Source of the DNA: the human T2T-CHM13v2.0 reference genome, Homo sapiens
Direction: 5' to 3' (one strand)
NCBI RefSeq assembly: GCF_009914755.1
Contig: NC_060940.1
DNA: 64,000 nucleotides
A program made the translations under genes and the position numbers. Positions within the stretch are counted from its first letter, which is position 1. The number at the start of each line of letters is the position of its first letter. The notes beneath the pieces were generated by a model. The model had not been told where the DNA came from and ran no database searches. It saw only the letters and a list, made by a program, of their open reading frames with translations. Below are positions 13,081 through 26,866 of this stretch, piece after piece.

Positions 13081-16000
13081 GTTATACTGCAGTAGTCCAG
13101 GTGGGAAAATAGGAGGGCCTGAACTAAGCTGAAGCATTATAAGAACATGCTTTTTATGTGAATGCACATTTTGGACTTGCTATCTCTGTGCCTATGATAT
13201 CGTTTGTACCTCCAGAACAGGCACTCTGAATTGTATAAATTATTGTTATCTTTATAGTGTTTTAACACAGCCTTCTTTAGTGCTTGGCAAACAGCTCATG
13301 CACATTTAGCAAGTGCACCAGGGTGATGGGAGTCAGAGGCATCAGTAGATTCTGTCTACAATTTGAAGTATACGACTCCACTGCAACATGAGACTCCAGG
13401 TATTGCCAGGCAGACATGCAACAGTGCCCATTGCTCTTGCCTTCCTCCATCATCGTTGCTCATTGCTTTAACCTAGAATTTCTTGTTTACTTTCCCTTGC
13501 AGTTTATGCATATGGACATCTTGCTTGACCTCCAAGGTCCAGTCAGCTGATGAGGCAACTGCTATAAGAATTATTTGCAATCTCTGCCCATCCACAAACT
13601 CTCCACCATGACTACTGCACTTAGAGCACTCTGCAGTATTTTCCAGATGTCTGTTATCTGTCCTGTCACACCTAGCAAGCGATCTGGGAAAACAGGGAGC
13701 ATCTATGATTTTAACGAAGTATTAACTACACACAAGGCAATATGCAATAAAGAAAATAAAATGTCTTGAAGGATTGTGAACATATGGGAAATGATAAGTG
13801 ACTGACAGAGTTTAAATTGTGTGGATGGTATACCTATAGCTTAAGTCAAACAAAGTTTGTCCCACTAGATTTTCACACATAGTATAGTGAATAGAGAAGA
13901 TATGAGTGGATAATTTCCTCACAGTGTATAATTTCCTCAGCCTGATGTCCACAGCCTTTATAATCTGCCTCCAACTTCCTTTTACTAACCAATCTCTCAT
14001 AACCTCTGTGTGAAACTTTCTCTCCACTCACTCTGAACTTAGTGCTTTGGTTTACTAGATTTTTCTTTAAATTTTTTTGTCTATGGCAGTTATTGCAGAT
14101 ACCTCTTGCCATGCTGTAACCAGAGCAGACCCTTCTAATTGATTGTGACTTAGTATGGAAGCATTTTTAAGATTTATCTCAGGGCAGCACTTAAGACAGC
14201 CACCAAAAATCATTCAGAATTTGACAATTAGATTAACTTCCTTTGCCAAATAAGCTTGCATGCTTCCTTCAGCTTGAAATGGCCAACTTCATTGGTCTCA
14301 TCATTAGGAATCCTGCTAATTCACGTCCTCCATGAAAACGTCCTGATTTCCTCAATTCATGGGGAATTACCCCCTCAGACCTAATGTATCACAGGTCTAC
14401 AACATTCAGAAAATCCTTCTCATTTGTTCCCTAGTCTGCCTCCTTAGCTGTTGCAGTCACAGCCACCTGTTTGCATGACCTTACCTGTCTACTTCTTTTT
14501 GGGGTAAAAATGCTCCTTATATTCCTTGTGGCACTCATATAAGCCTAGCACTTAGTAGGAGTTCAGCGAAACTGGAATAACAGAGATAACCAACTGATGG
14601 GTGGGGAAAAAAGCAAACCCGAAGAGACGCTGATCAAATTTAGTATAAACCAAGACAATGGAAAGTGAAGAGAGAGTGGATTGACAGGGCCATTATGTAA
14701 GTTAATTTGCTCTAAGATGTCAGCCCCATTCTTGGCTTTTCCTGGCTTTCAATCTGCGTGAACTCCTTGTCCTGCAGACAGACAGACAGCTTCAGGGTGG
14801 ATTAAATAATCAGTCAAGTGAGAAGAGCATCTCCCAATATGTCTGCAAAGACACTTCTATTTCAAGAATGATTATTAAAAGCCACAAGGAAGACAGTGAT
14901 AACACAGTTGAAACATTGACTTACTGATCAAAAGAGACACTAATACGCACTCCTTAAGGGAAAGAGTTAGATTTTAACATGCATACAAGCAAATCCCTTT
15001 GCTCCTTCTTTTCCATTCTGCATTGTCACACAAAAATCCCATTTCTGATACTCTCATTTTGGCTCACGGCTTTTCTGCAAATAGTTTAATTTGTGCTTTG
15101 TTTCGTCTTCTTTCCTTCCTTGCTTTCCTGCTTCTTTCCCTTTCTTTTTTTTCTCTTTCTTTCTTTCTTTTGTTCAACTATTTTAGCAGAACTATTTTTC
15201 TTTAGGTTCTATCTCTTTTTTGTATCACTCTGTTTTTCCCTTTCTCCCTTAGTTTATTTCTTTTTTTAATTGCATTCAGAGAGATTTTCCTCCTCAAATA
15301 GATGGTGTGGCCCCCCGAATAGAACTCAATGTACAATTTGTTGAAGAGTAAACTTCATCAAGTAAAGTTATAGTGGGACTTGGATTATTTTATTTTTTTG
15401 TTTGTTTGTTTGTTTTTTAGGTGAGATATCATTACCTCTTGAAATCTAAATGTCCACATTTGTAACATAACATGAGTGCATTATAGCAGGCACACAGGAA
15501 GACTCTTAAACGGTAACAATGGTGACTTTAATCAATATTGCATATGGAAATTGAGCCACTGACCTTGGGATATCTATTATATTGGCTCAATGCAAATTGG
15601 TTCTTTCATTTTAATCCCCTGGGTTTTTTAACTCATTTTATGTATATCAGTCAATTTTCTGAGATGTTTGGCTCTTTTCACCTAGGATAACTGTTTTCTG
15701 CAACATGCTAAAATTCATTTCCATGTGGCAGGTAGAGAGGTCACTAGGTTTGTAAGCACTCCTAATTAAAATGCATGATGCTACAAAGGTAAAAGGGACA
15801 ATGAGCCATAAACAAATCGCCTGACAGTAGCTGACAGCCATCGACTGGACGTACATGTTTTTTTCATTGAGAATAGGAAAGATCTGGTTTTTTTAAAGAT
15901 GCACACATACCACACGCTCTTCCAAGTTAACTCTTTCTCATGAAAAATCTGTCTCTGACTTAGGATTCAAATGACAATTGAAACTGGAGGAGCTGACTTT

Positions 16001-16165
16001 TCTCATACTTCCTCTCAACTACTTTCATTATTTACCATCTTAAAATCAATTTTCAGGAAAAAAATAAGGCAAGATCCATTATTAAATATTTTTAAACATT
16101 AGGTGTTAGTAATCATACCATTTCAGACCTAGAAGGACATTTCAAGATAATTGTGGTCATTAATC

Positions 16166-16211
<46 letters not shown>

Positions 16212-16502
16212 TTGAGACAGGGTCTCACTCTGTCGCCCAGGCTGGAGCGCAGTGGCGCAATCTCGGCTCACTGAAACCTCTGCCTCTCAGGTTCAAGCAA
16301 TTCTCCTGCCTCAGCCTCTTGAGTAGCTGAGACTACAGGCATGCGCCACCACACCGGCTAATTTTTTTTTTTTTTTTTTGGCAGAGACAGGGTTTTGCCA
16401 TGTTGGCCAGGCTGGTCTCAAACTCCTGACTTCAAGTGATCTGCCTGCCTCGGGCTCCCAAAGTGCTGGAATTGCAGGCATAAGACCACTGCAGTCCTGG
16501 CC
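16166..16502 (-). mobile_element. Full-length Alu (AluSz/Jb-like) with (TTA)n tail
   Basis: About 14 TTA units, then gagacagggtctcactctgtcgcccaggctgg...aactcctgacttcaagtgatc...cctggcc. Confidence 0.93.
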
Positions 16503-16799
16503 TACTGATTTGTTTTACAACCTGAGATCTGTGCTGTTCAAGCAACTTGCTCAGGATCACACACGGTATTTGGAAATGCTGGCTCTTAACTGGCCCAGGC
16601 ACAAAAGTCTTGTGCCTGTGATTTTTGCTCAGTGAGGATGCATAACAGCTAACAGCCAAAATTCAAATTCAGGATTCCTGACTCCCAGATCAGAGATCTT
16701 TCATTTTATGTGTGTCCTAAAATGACCCTTTTCATTAGTTCATTGAAAAGTCAAGTGGTTTTGTATCACTTATGTTTATATTTGCTACAGTGAGTTGGA

Positions 16800-17030
16800 T
16801 ATCAGCACTTTTTGAGTGTCTCCTGATACCTGGCATTTAAATGTGTATTACCTATTTTATCATCTGTTCAAAACTGTAAGATAGGTTATATGACCTCAAT
16901 TTTTGAAATGAGGAATAGATCATCAGAAAGACTTAATAACTTTCTCAAGAAAACATAGACTAAATCCTGGAATTTGGCTTGACCTATTATTATTTAGAAA
17001 GTCCACATAATTTTGACTAAACCATTCTGC
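16800..17030 (-). mobile_element. MIR fragment
   Basis: tttttgagtgtctcctgatacctggca...aatttttgaaatgaggaatagatcatcagaaagacttaataactttctcaag. Confidence 0.6.
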
Positions 17031-17361
17031 CACCTAAATCTTCTAAGTACTGTCATTACAGTGCCCAATGTAAAATTAGTCATCTAATGCCAATTTTCCC
17101 AGTGTTAATGAACATCTCCTAGTGTTTATGATCTTAATGAAAAAAGTTTAAACATATATATTATGCAATAGATATTATATGCAATATATAATATAACATC
17201 TATAATATCTATTTGATATAAATAATATAATTTCTATTTATTTGATTAATTGCTCATATTTGCTGATATATTTTTTCTGAGGCTAATTGATTGAATAGTA
17301 AACTAGAACCAAAGAGAGGGACATAGGGAAGACATTGTCTAAATAGAAATTATGCATCCTT

Positions 17362-17790
17362 ACTATTCACAATAGCAAAGACATGGAATCAACCTAAATG
17401 TCTATCGATAGTAGACTGGATAAAGAAAATGTGGTACATATACACAATGGAATATGATGCAGCCATGAAAATGAATAAGATCATGTTCTTTGCAGGAAGA
17501 TGGAGGAAGCTGGAGGCCTTAGCAAACTAATGCAGGAACGGAAAACCAAATACCGTATGTTCTTACTCACAAGTGGGAGCTAAATGATGAGAACACATGG
17601 ATATATAACACTGAGGCCTATCAAAAGGTGGAAGGTGGGAGGAGAGAGAGGATCAGAAAAACAATTAATGTGTACTAGGCTTAGTACCTGGGTGATAAAA
17701 TAACCTGTACAACAAACCCCCATGACATGAGTTTACCTATCTAACAAACCTGCACATGTACCCCTGAACATAAAAAAAAAAGTTTAAAAA
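17362..17790 (+). mobile_element. 5'-truncated L1 (L1PA13-16 type), ORF2 end plus 3'UTR
   Basis: actattcacaatagcaaagacatggaatcaacctaaatg...gtactaggcttagtacctgggtgat...aacaaacctgcacatgtacccctgaac, then an A tail. 17-bp TSD agaaattatgcatcctt/agaaattgtgcattctt (17345-17361 and 17791-17807). Confidence 0.93.
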
Positions 17791-18039
17791 AGAAATTGTG
17801 CATTCTTTGCAAAAATAGTTCAAGTATTATTCAGAATACCATTACAAAACAGGCATATGCCCCAGGAATATGAAGAACTCTTATGTTTCAATAGTAGAGT
17901 CACAAATGTTTGGATGTGAGTAAATGTGCATTGCTTGAATCCCTTTGGAATCCCCCCATCCACACTTCCTGCCAGGTGAGCAGTTCTAATCCATTCTTCT
18001 TCTCTTAATGAGGGATGCTGAGGTCCCCCCAATCAGAAT

Positions 18040-18670
18040 TCAAGGCTGCATCCATCATTCTCTCTAACTACTCATGCAGTCTTTCAGTAAAAGTTCACCT
18101 GATTTTTAGCACGTTAATAGTTCTCAAATGTATCCATTTGCATCACCCCTGACATTGCCCTATTCTAAGTCTTCACCATCTCTTGGCGACATTATTACAA
18201 GCTCCCGAACTGGTCTACATAAATCTGTAAAAATCAGCTTTCGGAAACGGAAATTGGCTCATGTAATTGCATAGCTGTTCCTCTCAGCCCTCGCCCTCGC
18301 TGCTCATGACATTCTTTAGAACCACGCTGAGGTTGCCCTTTCCTCTTAGTATGCAGATTGACACCTTTGTCATCTCCTACAAGATCCTGAATGGGGAATA
18401 CCTCTCCTCATCTTGCAGGAAACTGCTACTTCTTCTCTGTGCTGGGGAATACTGGCCTTGGCACTAGTCCTCATGCAATCCAGACTCTGCTCATGTTCTT
18501 CTCTCCGCCTGAAACTCCCCATTCTGGATTAATTTTACTCATTCTTTAGATCTCAGTGCAAGCACTCTTTCTTCAGGAAAACCATCCCTGAATCTACATC
18601 TATTTCCAGCAAATCTGTTGGGGTTTTTTGTTCAATGCTTTCATACTACTGTTTCTTCTTCTCTGTAGAC
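18040..18670 (+). mobile_element. L2 LINE fragment
   Basis: Typical L2 3'-region motifs: caccatctcttggcgacattattacaagctcc...tggtct and tactcattctttagatctcagtgcaagcactctttcttcaggaaaaccatccctga. Confidence 0.65.
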
Positions 18671-19054
18671 AAACCTATACTTAATCCTGGCTCTATCACA
18701 TACTAATTCTTTCACTTGGTAAAAATCAACCTGTCCACACTGAGTTCAATTTCTTCTCCTCCATGCTGGGAATAATGATGTCTACATCGTAGATGTGTGG
18801 TGGGAATCAAATGAGATAACAAAGGTAATGCCAGATAGGTGTTTGCTTTGTTTTTACCTTTAGTGGATCTGCACGGTCAAACACCTTCACCCACACATCA
18901 ACATACTCACACTCCTCTTTTACTTTTACAGAAGGTATGCATAGGCAGTGCTAGACAGCTTTTTAAGAACCTTACCTTAATCGTGTGAATTCATAGAGTA
19001 GAGACATTGTAAAGATTCATTCTGTTGATTCTCCTACCATGTGTTTCTTTCTTT

Positions 19055-19270
19055 AGAATAGTGGCTAGAGGCACAGATGCTCACGCATTACTGCCTGGGT
19101 TCAAGTCCAGGCTACACTTCTTACTTGATGCATGATCTTACTAACTTATTTGTTATGACTCCTCTTTAAAATGGGAACAATAATAAAACTGAACTCATGG
19201 ACTTATACTAATGATTAAAATAATGCATTAGAATAGTGACCAGATATATTAAGCACTATATGGGTTCCAG
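19055..19270 (+). mobile_element. MIR SINE
   Basis: tagtggctagaggcacag...ctgcctgggttcaagtccaggct...taaaatgggaacaataata...gaatagtgaccagatatattaagcact. Confidence 0.7.
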
Positions 19271-20389
19271 CTTTTAAAACAGATAAGCTTCTACCAACCT
19301 TGAAAATTCAATTATACAGATAAGCTTTTATCTGTGTTGAAAACTCAATTAAACATGGTTTTATTTTCATAAAGCAAAGATAATGCTTTTAGAATTCTGA
19401 GAAGGCACTGGGAAATGAGTGAAAGAGAAATCAAACCAGCCTAGAAGTCACCCTTTTGCATTATTTATGTATTATGTACATGAAAGTTAGGCAGGAGTCA
19501 AGAAATCCATTTGTTTGCTTGACTGTTATGAGTCAGGTTTTAGGGCCATAAAGAGAATGAAACTAACATATGACACCAGGCATCTTTCTTTTCTATTCCA
19601 TATATTTCTTTTACAAAAACTGTACTTATTTTCAGGATGTTTACAGACACATTAACTGTCTTCAGATCATATTAGCTGAAAGAGCATGTTTGGGAGAGAG
19701 GGAAATATTTCTATTAGGTTCTAACTAGTTCCTAGGCAGGGGGATGAAAAGTTTACATCATTAATTCCTTCTGAAGACCCTGTGAGCTATAGAAAACTCC
19801 TGCTGTCATTGTAGTAAGGATGGAAATCATGTCCTAATTCCTCTTTTCCCAAAGGAAGTTATCATCCCATTGAATCTTTCCTGTTTTGTACCTTCATTTT
19901 TCTTTAAAAAAATTGGTGTTTTCCTTGAGACATGTTCCAGTCTTGACCCTTATTAGCAAACCCTAACAAATCAGAATTAACATTCCCCTAAGAGAAACAG
20001 AACTTTGGACACACTTTCTGGAAGGAAAGACACAAAAACATGCCCAGTTCTCTCAAGCCTCTTAGTGGAAAGAATTTCTTTTTCTCCATCTCTGGCCAAC
20101 TCCTGTTTTTTCAGCATTTAACTCAGATGTAATCTCTTCCAGGATTCTTTTCTTAACCTTCCCTATTCCGCCAAAGGATGAGTTCCGTATCACTTATTAT
20201 GCGCTAGTCATTAGACAAGCTGCCATCAACTTGGCATTTACTGGGTTTATTGTGCAATGGCCATTATAATTATTTATAGGATGATGGTAGAGTGTCAGAG
20301 TGAAAATACATTTTTTCCAGAGTGGAGACTACTGTTGGCTCTTTCAGGGGAATCTCCAGAGAAAGCCTGGCATTTTACAATTCACTTCC

Positions 20390-20635
20390 ACGGATAAGTC
20401 TTCCAAAACTCTATTCTCTCCCTAGCTGGGTTATCTATCCCCCTTCTTGAGTTTACCCTGCAATTTTCACGCCTCTATCAGCGCTATTACCATCCTGCTC
20501 TCTGATCATCTGTTTTCAAGTCCTCCAACACAAGACTGTAAATTCCTTGTAGGCAGAAATTTTCTCTTAAACATCTACAAATCCATGGTTCTTAGCAAAG
20601 TGCCTGACATACAGTGGGCATTCGATATATGCACC
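20390..20635 (+). mobile_element. L2 3' end
   Basis: caagactgtaaattccttgtaggcaga...cttagcaaagtgcctgacatacagtgggcattcgatatat. Confidence 0.7.
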
Positions 20636-22667
20636 ATTTACAAAAAGTAAATATTGATGTTTGAAAAATGTTGGAAAAAAAAGCTGAAGCTGCAGAATTA
20701 AAAAAAAAAAAAAAAGACAAACAGAAAGGGAAGACACGGTAACCAGAGCTCCCATCTGTTAGTCCCACATCTAACATATTCTGAGACGTCATATTTTCAA
20801 GCCCCTATACAGGGATGGAAGCGGAGCACATGCCTTTGATTTTTTGTATTTCTTTTAACACACACTGTCTGTAACCACACCTGCTGAAAGCATATGCATG
20901 CCATAGGAAAGAATACTCAGCTCCCATCCACAAATGGTTCTGCACTCTCAAACAGACTGGTCTCGTGACTAACTTAAAATATCAATGCAGAGGAAAATCT
21001 ACCTTACACAGCAAGGGTGATGAAAGATTCAGGGGAAAACTATTTCTTATTAAAAAACTGGGTGCTCTAAAGCATACTGGCTTTTTCCATTTAGTGATCC
21101 TTTGCAGCATGACACCTTTATTGTAAAAAAGCACATATTTAGAAATGACTGTGCTCAAAAGACTCCTATTTTTCAAAGTGCCTGTGGGCTCCAAATGCAA
21201 TTCTATATGCAGCTAAGTCTCTAGATGCTACCAACACTAGAGATTCAACAGGCTCATGCACACTTTGTCTTCTGTCAATCTGTCACCCAATTTGACCAAA
21301 GAAGTGGATCTTTGACGGTAAAATTATTTCAGTGTTTATTTTCCTTCTGAGTAAAGACAAGGGGTGTTTAATTGTATATCATTGACTCACACTGCATATT
21401 TCCCTCTGTATTTAATCTACATGATTCCAATTTAACTAATCAAAAAGTAACTCATGCCTTGCTTTCCCAATGACTTTCTTGTAGTTGTTTTTGCTCTACC
21501 ATTTAACTAGAGGCATATGTAAAAATGTACCCCTAAGTTTATGAGATTATTGGCAGTATCAAGGCTCTGTTAGAAACAGATACTCTGAAAAAATAAGTTT
21601 AATACTTTAAGATACATATTTATTTGGAAACATTTTATTGAAAAGGATTGTTTAAAAAAATCCTATATAAATTGCTAAGTTACTGCTTGTAGCAAAATTG
21701 CAGTAATTATAGCTGTTAATATTATAATTATTTATTATAATACATGTGAAACTAGGTTTTATATAAAGATGACTTTGTTTTGTTCCCCAATATTTTGTCT
21801 CCATAACTCAAAAGAAAACAATGACTGAAGGAGTTTTCATATTGCTAAGTGAACTAGATAAGGAAGTTCTGCAATAAAATATATTTTTAATATCTAGAAG
21901 TTTCAGAGGAAAATGTACTTAAAAGAATCAACAGAACACCTTATATTACCTGAGGAGTTCAAATATTGGAAGTTCTCAAGTGGCTGATTTTGTGGTCCCA
22001 AATTTCTCTACCACTTGCAGATGCTCTGTGCATTCAGCAGCAGGGGTATTGTTAAATTTGAGAATATAAGGCAATAAGCAGTACCTTTCATAACATTAAT
22101 ATTAAGTGCAGAAGAATCAAATGTTTTGTTGCAAATATGCACATCTGGTTTTTCTGTTATCATCTTATATTATTCTAGTAGTTGACTTTAGGAAAAAAGT
22201 GTTAATTGCTATACAACTCAACTCTAAGAAATACGTTTTATTGAGTGTTTTAATAAAAGATATTCTGTATATTTTTGCTTGATGTGCCTGAAGAATTTTC
22301 AGAACACTATGTCTAAACACTGTACTTGCCCTTGGCCTTCCTTTTGTATATCAGCTCTGTCTAAGCCAGGGATCTATTGCCAACGTATGGGCCATTAGTG
22401 GATTAGAAGTCATCTATGAACATTCAGAAATGAATGGTAAATTGTATTTGTCTACAATTTTATAATAAAGTTTTTTTATTAGATTTTCAGTGACCCTTCA
22501 AATAGTAAATTCTTCGAAAATAAACAATTTCAGAAGTTTAAATAGATAGATTAGAATTCATTTATTACCTATTACATACTAAGAACTTCATATTCATTAA
22601 TACATAAAATTGTCCACTGTGGCATAATAAGACAATTGTAATTATTTCTAGTTTTCCATTAGAAAAT

Positions 22668-22984
22668 TATTTATTTTATCTTATTTTTGGGGTACAGGTT
22701 CTCACTCTACCACCCAAGCTAGAGTGCAGTGGAGCAATCTCAGCTCATTGCAGCCTCAGCCACCCCTTGGCTTAAGCAATCCTCCCACTTCAGCCTCCCA
22801 AGTAGCTGGGAATGCAGGTGTGCACCACCAAGCCCAGCTAATTTTTTTTTTTTTTTTTTTTTTTTGTGGGAATGGGGTTTCATCATGTTGCCCAGTCTGG
22901 TCTCAAATTCCTGAGCTCAAGGGATCCTCCCTCCTTGGCCTCGCAAAGCTCTGGGATTACAGATGTGTGCCTCTGTGCCCAGCC
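22668..22984 (-). mobile_element. AluJ
   Basis: ctcactctaccacccaagctagagtgcagtgg...cagctcattgcagcctc...gcttaagcaatcctccc...tgttgcccag...cctgagctcaagggatcctccc (J-type positions). Confidence 0.9.
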
Positions 22985-25900
22985 TCTATTAGGAATTTAG
23001 ATTTTGAGAAGTTAAGGGGCTTAATTATGTCATACAATTAGTAAGTAACAGATTGGACATACAAATTCATAGCTATCTTTCTCTAGAATGTATACATTTT
23101 CTGCTAAAATCTACTGCCCCCCACAGACAAAACATTTAAACAGTTGTGTGTCTGAATTTTTGTTTTTCTTCCATTGTTGACTAAAAGAAAGCTATGCATT
23201 TTATTTGTACTTTAATAGTGACACTATTTTTTGACCACTTATATTTGTCTGGTGCTTGGTTCACTGACCATTAACAGCCTGTATGTCTTCTGATCATACC
23301 ATCATTTTGTGTATTATTCAGGGCGGAGATTAACAAGCCCATTCCACAGATGCTTTTTTGACCCTCGTTTTCCTGAAATTATTTATCCAACTGCACTTGG
23401 TTAATGTGAATATTCTCCTGCTGGTTGGAAGATTTAGTGAAAGTCAGGACTACCGGTGCTGTGATCTGCCACATTCAGACTAAAAACAAAGATCAATATC
23501 ATACCACCTCATTTTGACATACAACATGTACTTAGCGACAGAGGTTAATTTGTAGTAGGACTAGCTTTGTGACTTTAATCTCTATTTTACCTACTTACTT
23601 GACCTATATGAGACAAATAAAACCATTGCAATGACCCGTTGTGAGAATTCAGGGGCTTTTATGAAAGCTCCTTTTGTCTTGTGTCAGCAGGTCTCAGGGA
23701 TTTTCCATCTGCTCTGAAAGTAAAGTGAGAACATTCCTTTGCTTTAGGTAATGAGAAAGGATGTCATAAGTGATATAGCATCTCAAAAGTTGATTTCATC
23801 TTCATCTGTCCTTTCTATTCTAGAACAGAATAGCTCATTTTCCTAGTTTATGCTAATATCATTAAACACTGTAATTGCAAACCAAGTGACTTCTGGCAAT
23901 CACTAATTTCTTACATCAGTTACACATAAAGAGAACAGATGAAACAGTTGCAACACTCAGAGGCCCCCGTATTTTTCTGTTAGCAGGCATAAGCAACCAC
24001 GGGATTTACGATTCCTTATTTCACTACCTCCTGGATCTTACCCAAAGACATATCTCTGTTGCCATACTAGGATTAGAGACATCTTTTGTTTACACAAGGA
24101 CTTTCTCCAGGTGAATTCAGGTCAGAACCTAAAGAGGGGTTAGCCCCGGGGGGCATACTGAAGGTGATAACAGTGGGGAATACCTTACTTTTACTCTTTC
24201 TGACCACCTATATTTCCTGCTGTCTTTTTACAGCTAGTCCCAGGTAGACCATTCTGTTGTCCTACACCTTTGGAGCGGTTTTGCTTAGACAAAATGAAAC
24301 AATTGAGCTGACATTTTAATCTAAAAGATTTTTAGGACACAGAGTGTTTTGAGGAGCTGCCTTAACTTGCATTGTAAAAATATTGACTATTATCAAAATG
24401 TCAACTTGTATCTCCTTTGTTCCAGATTTCATACCAAAGTGTGGGATATTTACTTACCAAGAATGAAATGGGCTATAAATTCTCAGTGCCCCCAAAAAGA
24501 ATACATGAATAAAAAATCAAAAAGTGCAAGAGTGAAATCACAGGATTTGTCTCTGATCAGTGGTTTTAAATGGGGACAGAGGCGTGGTCCTTATCTGTTC
24601 TCTCATACTAAGGGGAAAAAAGAATCTTGGCTTATAACTTGAATTTTAATGGCTTTATATTAGTCCTTGTACTATTTTAGAGTTGCACTTTCTTTATCTA
24701 TTAGAACTGAAGTGGATTTTAGGGATCTATTAAAGTTGGTTTTGTTTGGTTTGGTTCAGTTATTTTGTTTTTTGGAAAATCAGAATAATTCTCTAATGAC
24801 ATATAGCAAATTGTGGCATGGCTTGAACTGTCCAAATTTTCCTGGCACCCATCCTAGAATGTTTTTATTTTTTATTTTTTATTTTTTTTACATCTCCTCT
24901 TAATGACACTTTTCTTGGAGAAAGCTTTCCCATAGCCCATTATGCTCAGTAAAGTTTCCTTGTTATATGCTGTCACAGAATGGCATTCTTTACCTGCATA
25001 ACATGTTTATCAACTTTTCATTATGCATTTATTTTAGGGTTACTTAATCAATAGCAGCTTCGCTCATTTGACTCTAAATGTCACAAAATCTGGAAACTTG
25101 TCTTTCTGCTCATTTTTGTAACACAATGCCCTTTACCACTAGACTAAATTTAGTTTCTCAGTAATGTTTATTAAACGACAGTGTGAATAAATAATGTTTT
25201 CTTAACTTCTCTGAGCCTTGATTTACTCATTTGTAAAATAGTATATCACTGTACACCAGCTAGCGTTTTTAATAAATCAAATGGAGCATTTCTAAGGAAA
25301 GAGTTGTTACTCAATGAAGGTCCATTACAATACCTCGATGAATGTACATTATGATACCTCTATAAAAATTGTCTCTTTCAGTAATAATTATCTCTTGCAG
25401 AGTTAATGTGCAAATGAAATGGGAATAAATATGACTGGAGACTACCCTACAGAATACCATATACATAATTTATATTCAACATTACAACCTTATGTTTGTG
25501 TTTCAAGAAATATGGCTTCCTTCATTATTTTCTTCAACTAGATGATGAAGACAATAGTACCAATGTACCAACGGCCCAAAAAGCTATTTGTTTATTCATT
25601 TTTTACTGAGAAAATAAATTGTCATAAGGTGACAAACTAGAATCACTGCTCTCCTTCACAGCCCCTAATGCCAGGTGTCTTACATAAGAGTTGCCATCTT
25701 TGCCCACCCCAAAGTTGACATAAAGTACAAGTTTACAAGGAAGGATTTCATTATCAGCCTCAACTGTACATTGCCAGGTACATTTCAACCCATGCACATT
25801 TTCTTGACTCTGAAAATGCAACCACTGACCAGTATTTTTAATAATATAAATATACGATCTGATCCATTAGGCATTTTTGTTTTGAAAAACCAGCCTCTCT

Positions 25901-26256
25901 ACTCTTTGATACTACTTTGAAAAATAATATAAAATGTATTATACACATAAACCTTAATATCTAGTTATTTGCACAATATACAAGAATCATTTTAGAAAAA
26001 AACGCATGCAGATGATCCCTATTTAGCGGCCTAGTGAGGCACTCAAATATTTTATATTTTCTTCAGGAAAAGTTTCAGCTACTTTAGCACTAACAAAAAA
26101 TATCAAATAGGTGGAAATTGAGAGTGAAGAAATAAACGCTTACAACATAATGGGAGCTTTGGACATAATGAAGGATTTAATAATACAGTTTGTCTACATG
26201 AGAATTAAAAATAGTCTAAAGAGTGTAAGGTTAAAAATTATTTGCAAAATGTAAAA

Positions 26257-26866
26257 AGCTGAGCATAGCGTCACTTATAATCCCAGGACTTTGGGAGGCC
26301 GAGGCAGGAGGATCTCTTGAGGCCAGGCATTTGAGACCAGCCTGGGCAACACCACGAGACCTCATCTGTACAAAAAAAAAAAAAATTAGCCAGATATGGA
26401 GGCATGCACTTGCAGTCCCAGCTACTCCCTGGAGAGGGTGAGAATGGAGGAATATTTGAGCCCAGGAGTTCGAGGTTGCAGTTGTAGGAAAAACTGGGTT
26501 ATCACACGAGCATGAAAGATTAGCCTCGCAGACACTTTGAATGGTGAGAAAGGCAGGGTTTATTGGGTGAAAAAGAAAAAAAGGGAAACAGGGACTCTCA
26601 GCAAAGTGAGAGTCCTGCTTGCAGGCTTCCCACTTCACAGACTGAATACCAGGTTACCACCCAGGAATAGGAGAGGCCAGGCTCCTCCTTGCTGCAAACA
26701 GGGCAAGCTTCCATGGCTCCACCCTAGTGCACACTCCTTCCAGTGCGGTTGGTGGTTCTCCGGGGACCCTTTTATACTTGGCTGTCTCACAGTAAGTTAT
26801 GATCATGCCACTGCACTCCAGTCTTGGTGGCTTGGTGAAACTCTGTCTCTCAAAAAAAAAAAAAAA
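26257..26866 (+). mobile_element. AluJ interrupted in its right arm by a MER61-family LTR
   Basis: Alu sequence up to ...gagttcgaggttgcagt (26482), resuming cagtaagttatgatcatgccactgcactccag and ending in A15 (26852-26866). Confidence 0.9.
26483..26789 (-). mobile_element. MER61-family ERV1 solo LTR
   Basis: Reverse complement reads TGAGACAGCCAAGTATAAAAGGGTCCCCGGAGAACC...AATAAACCC...TTTTTCCTACA. Perfect 4-bp TSD CAGT (26479-26482 and 26790-26793). Confidence 0.85.

Noticed and set aside
17150-17245. Very AT-rich TA-like tract
   Set aside because: Low-complexity sequence without regular periodicity or other support.
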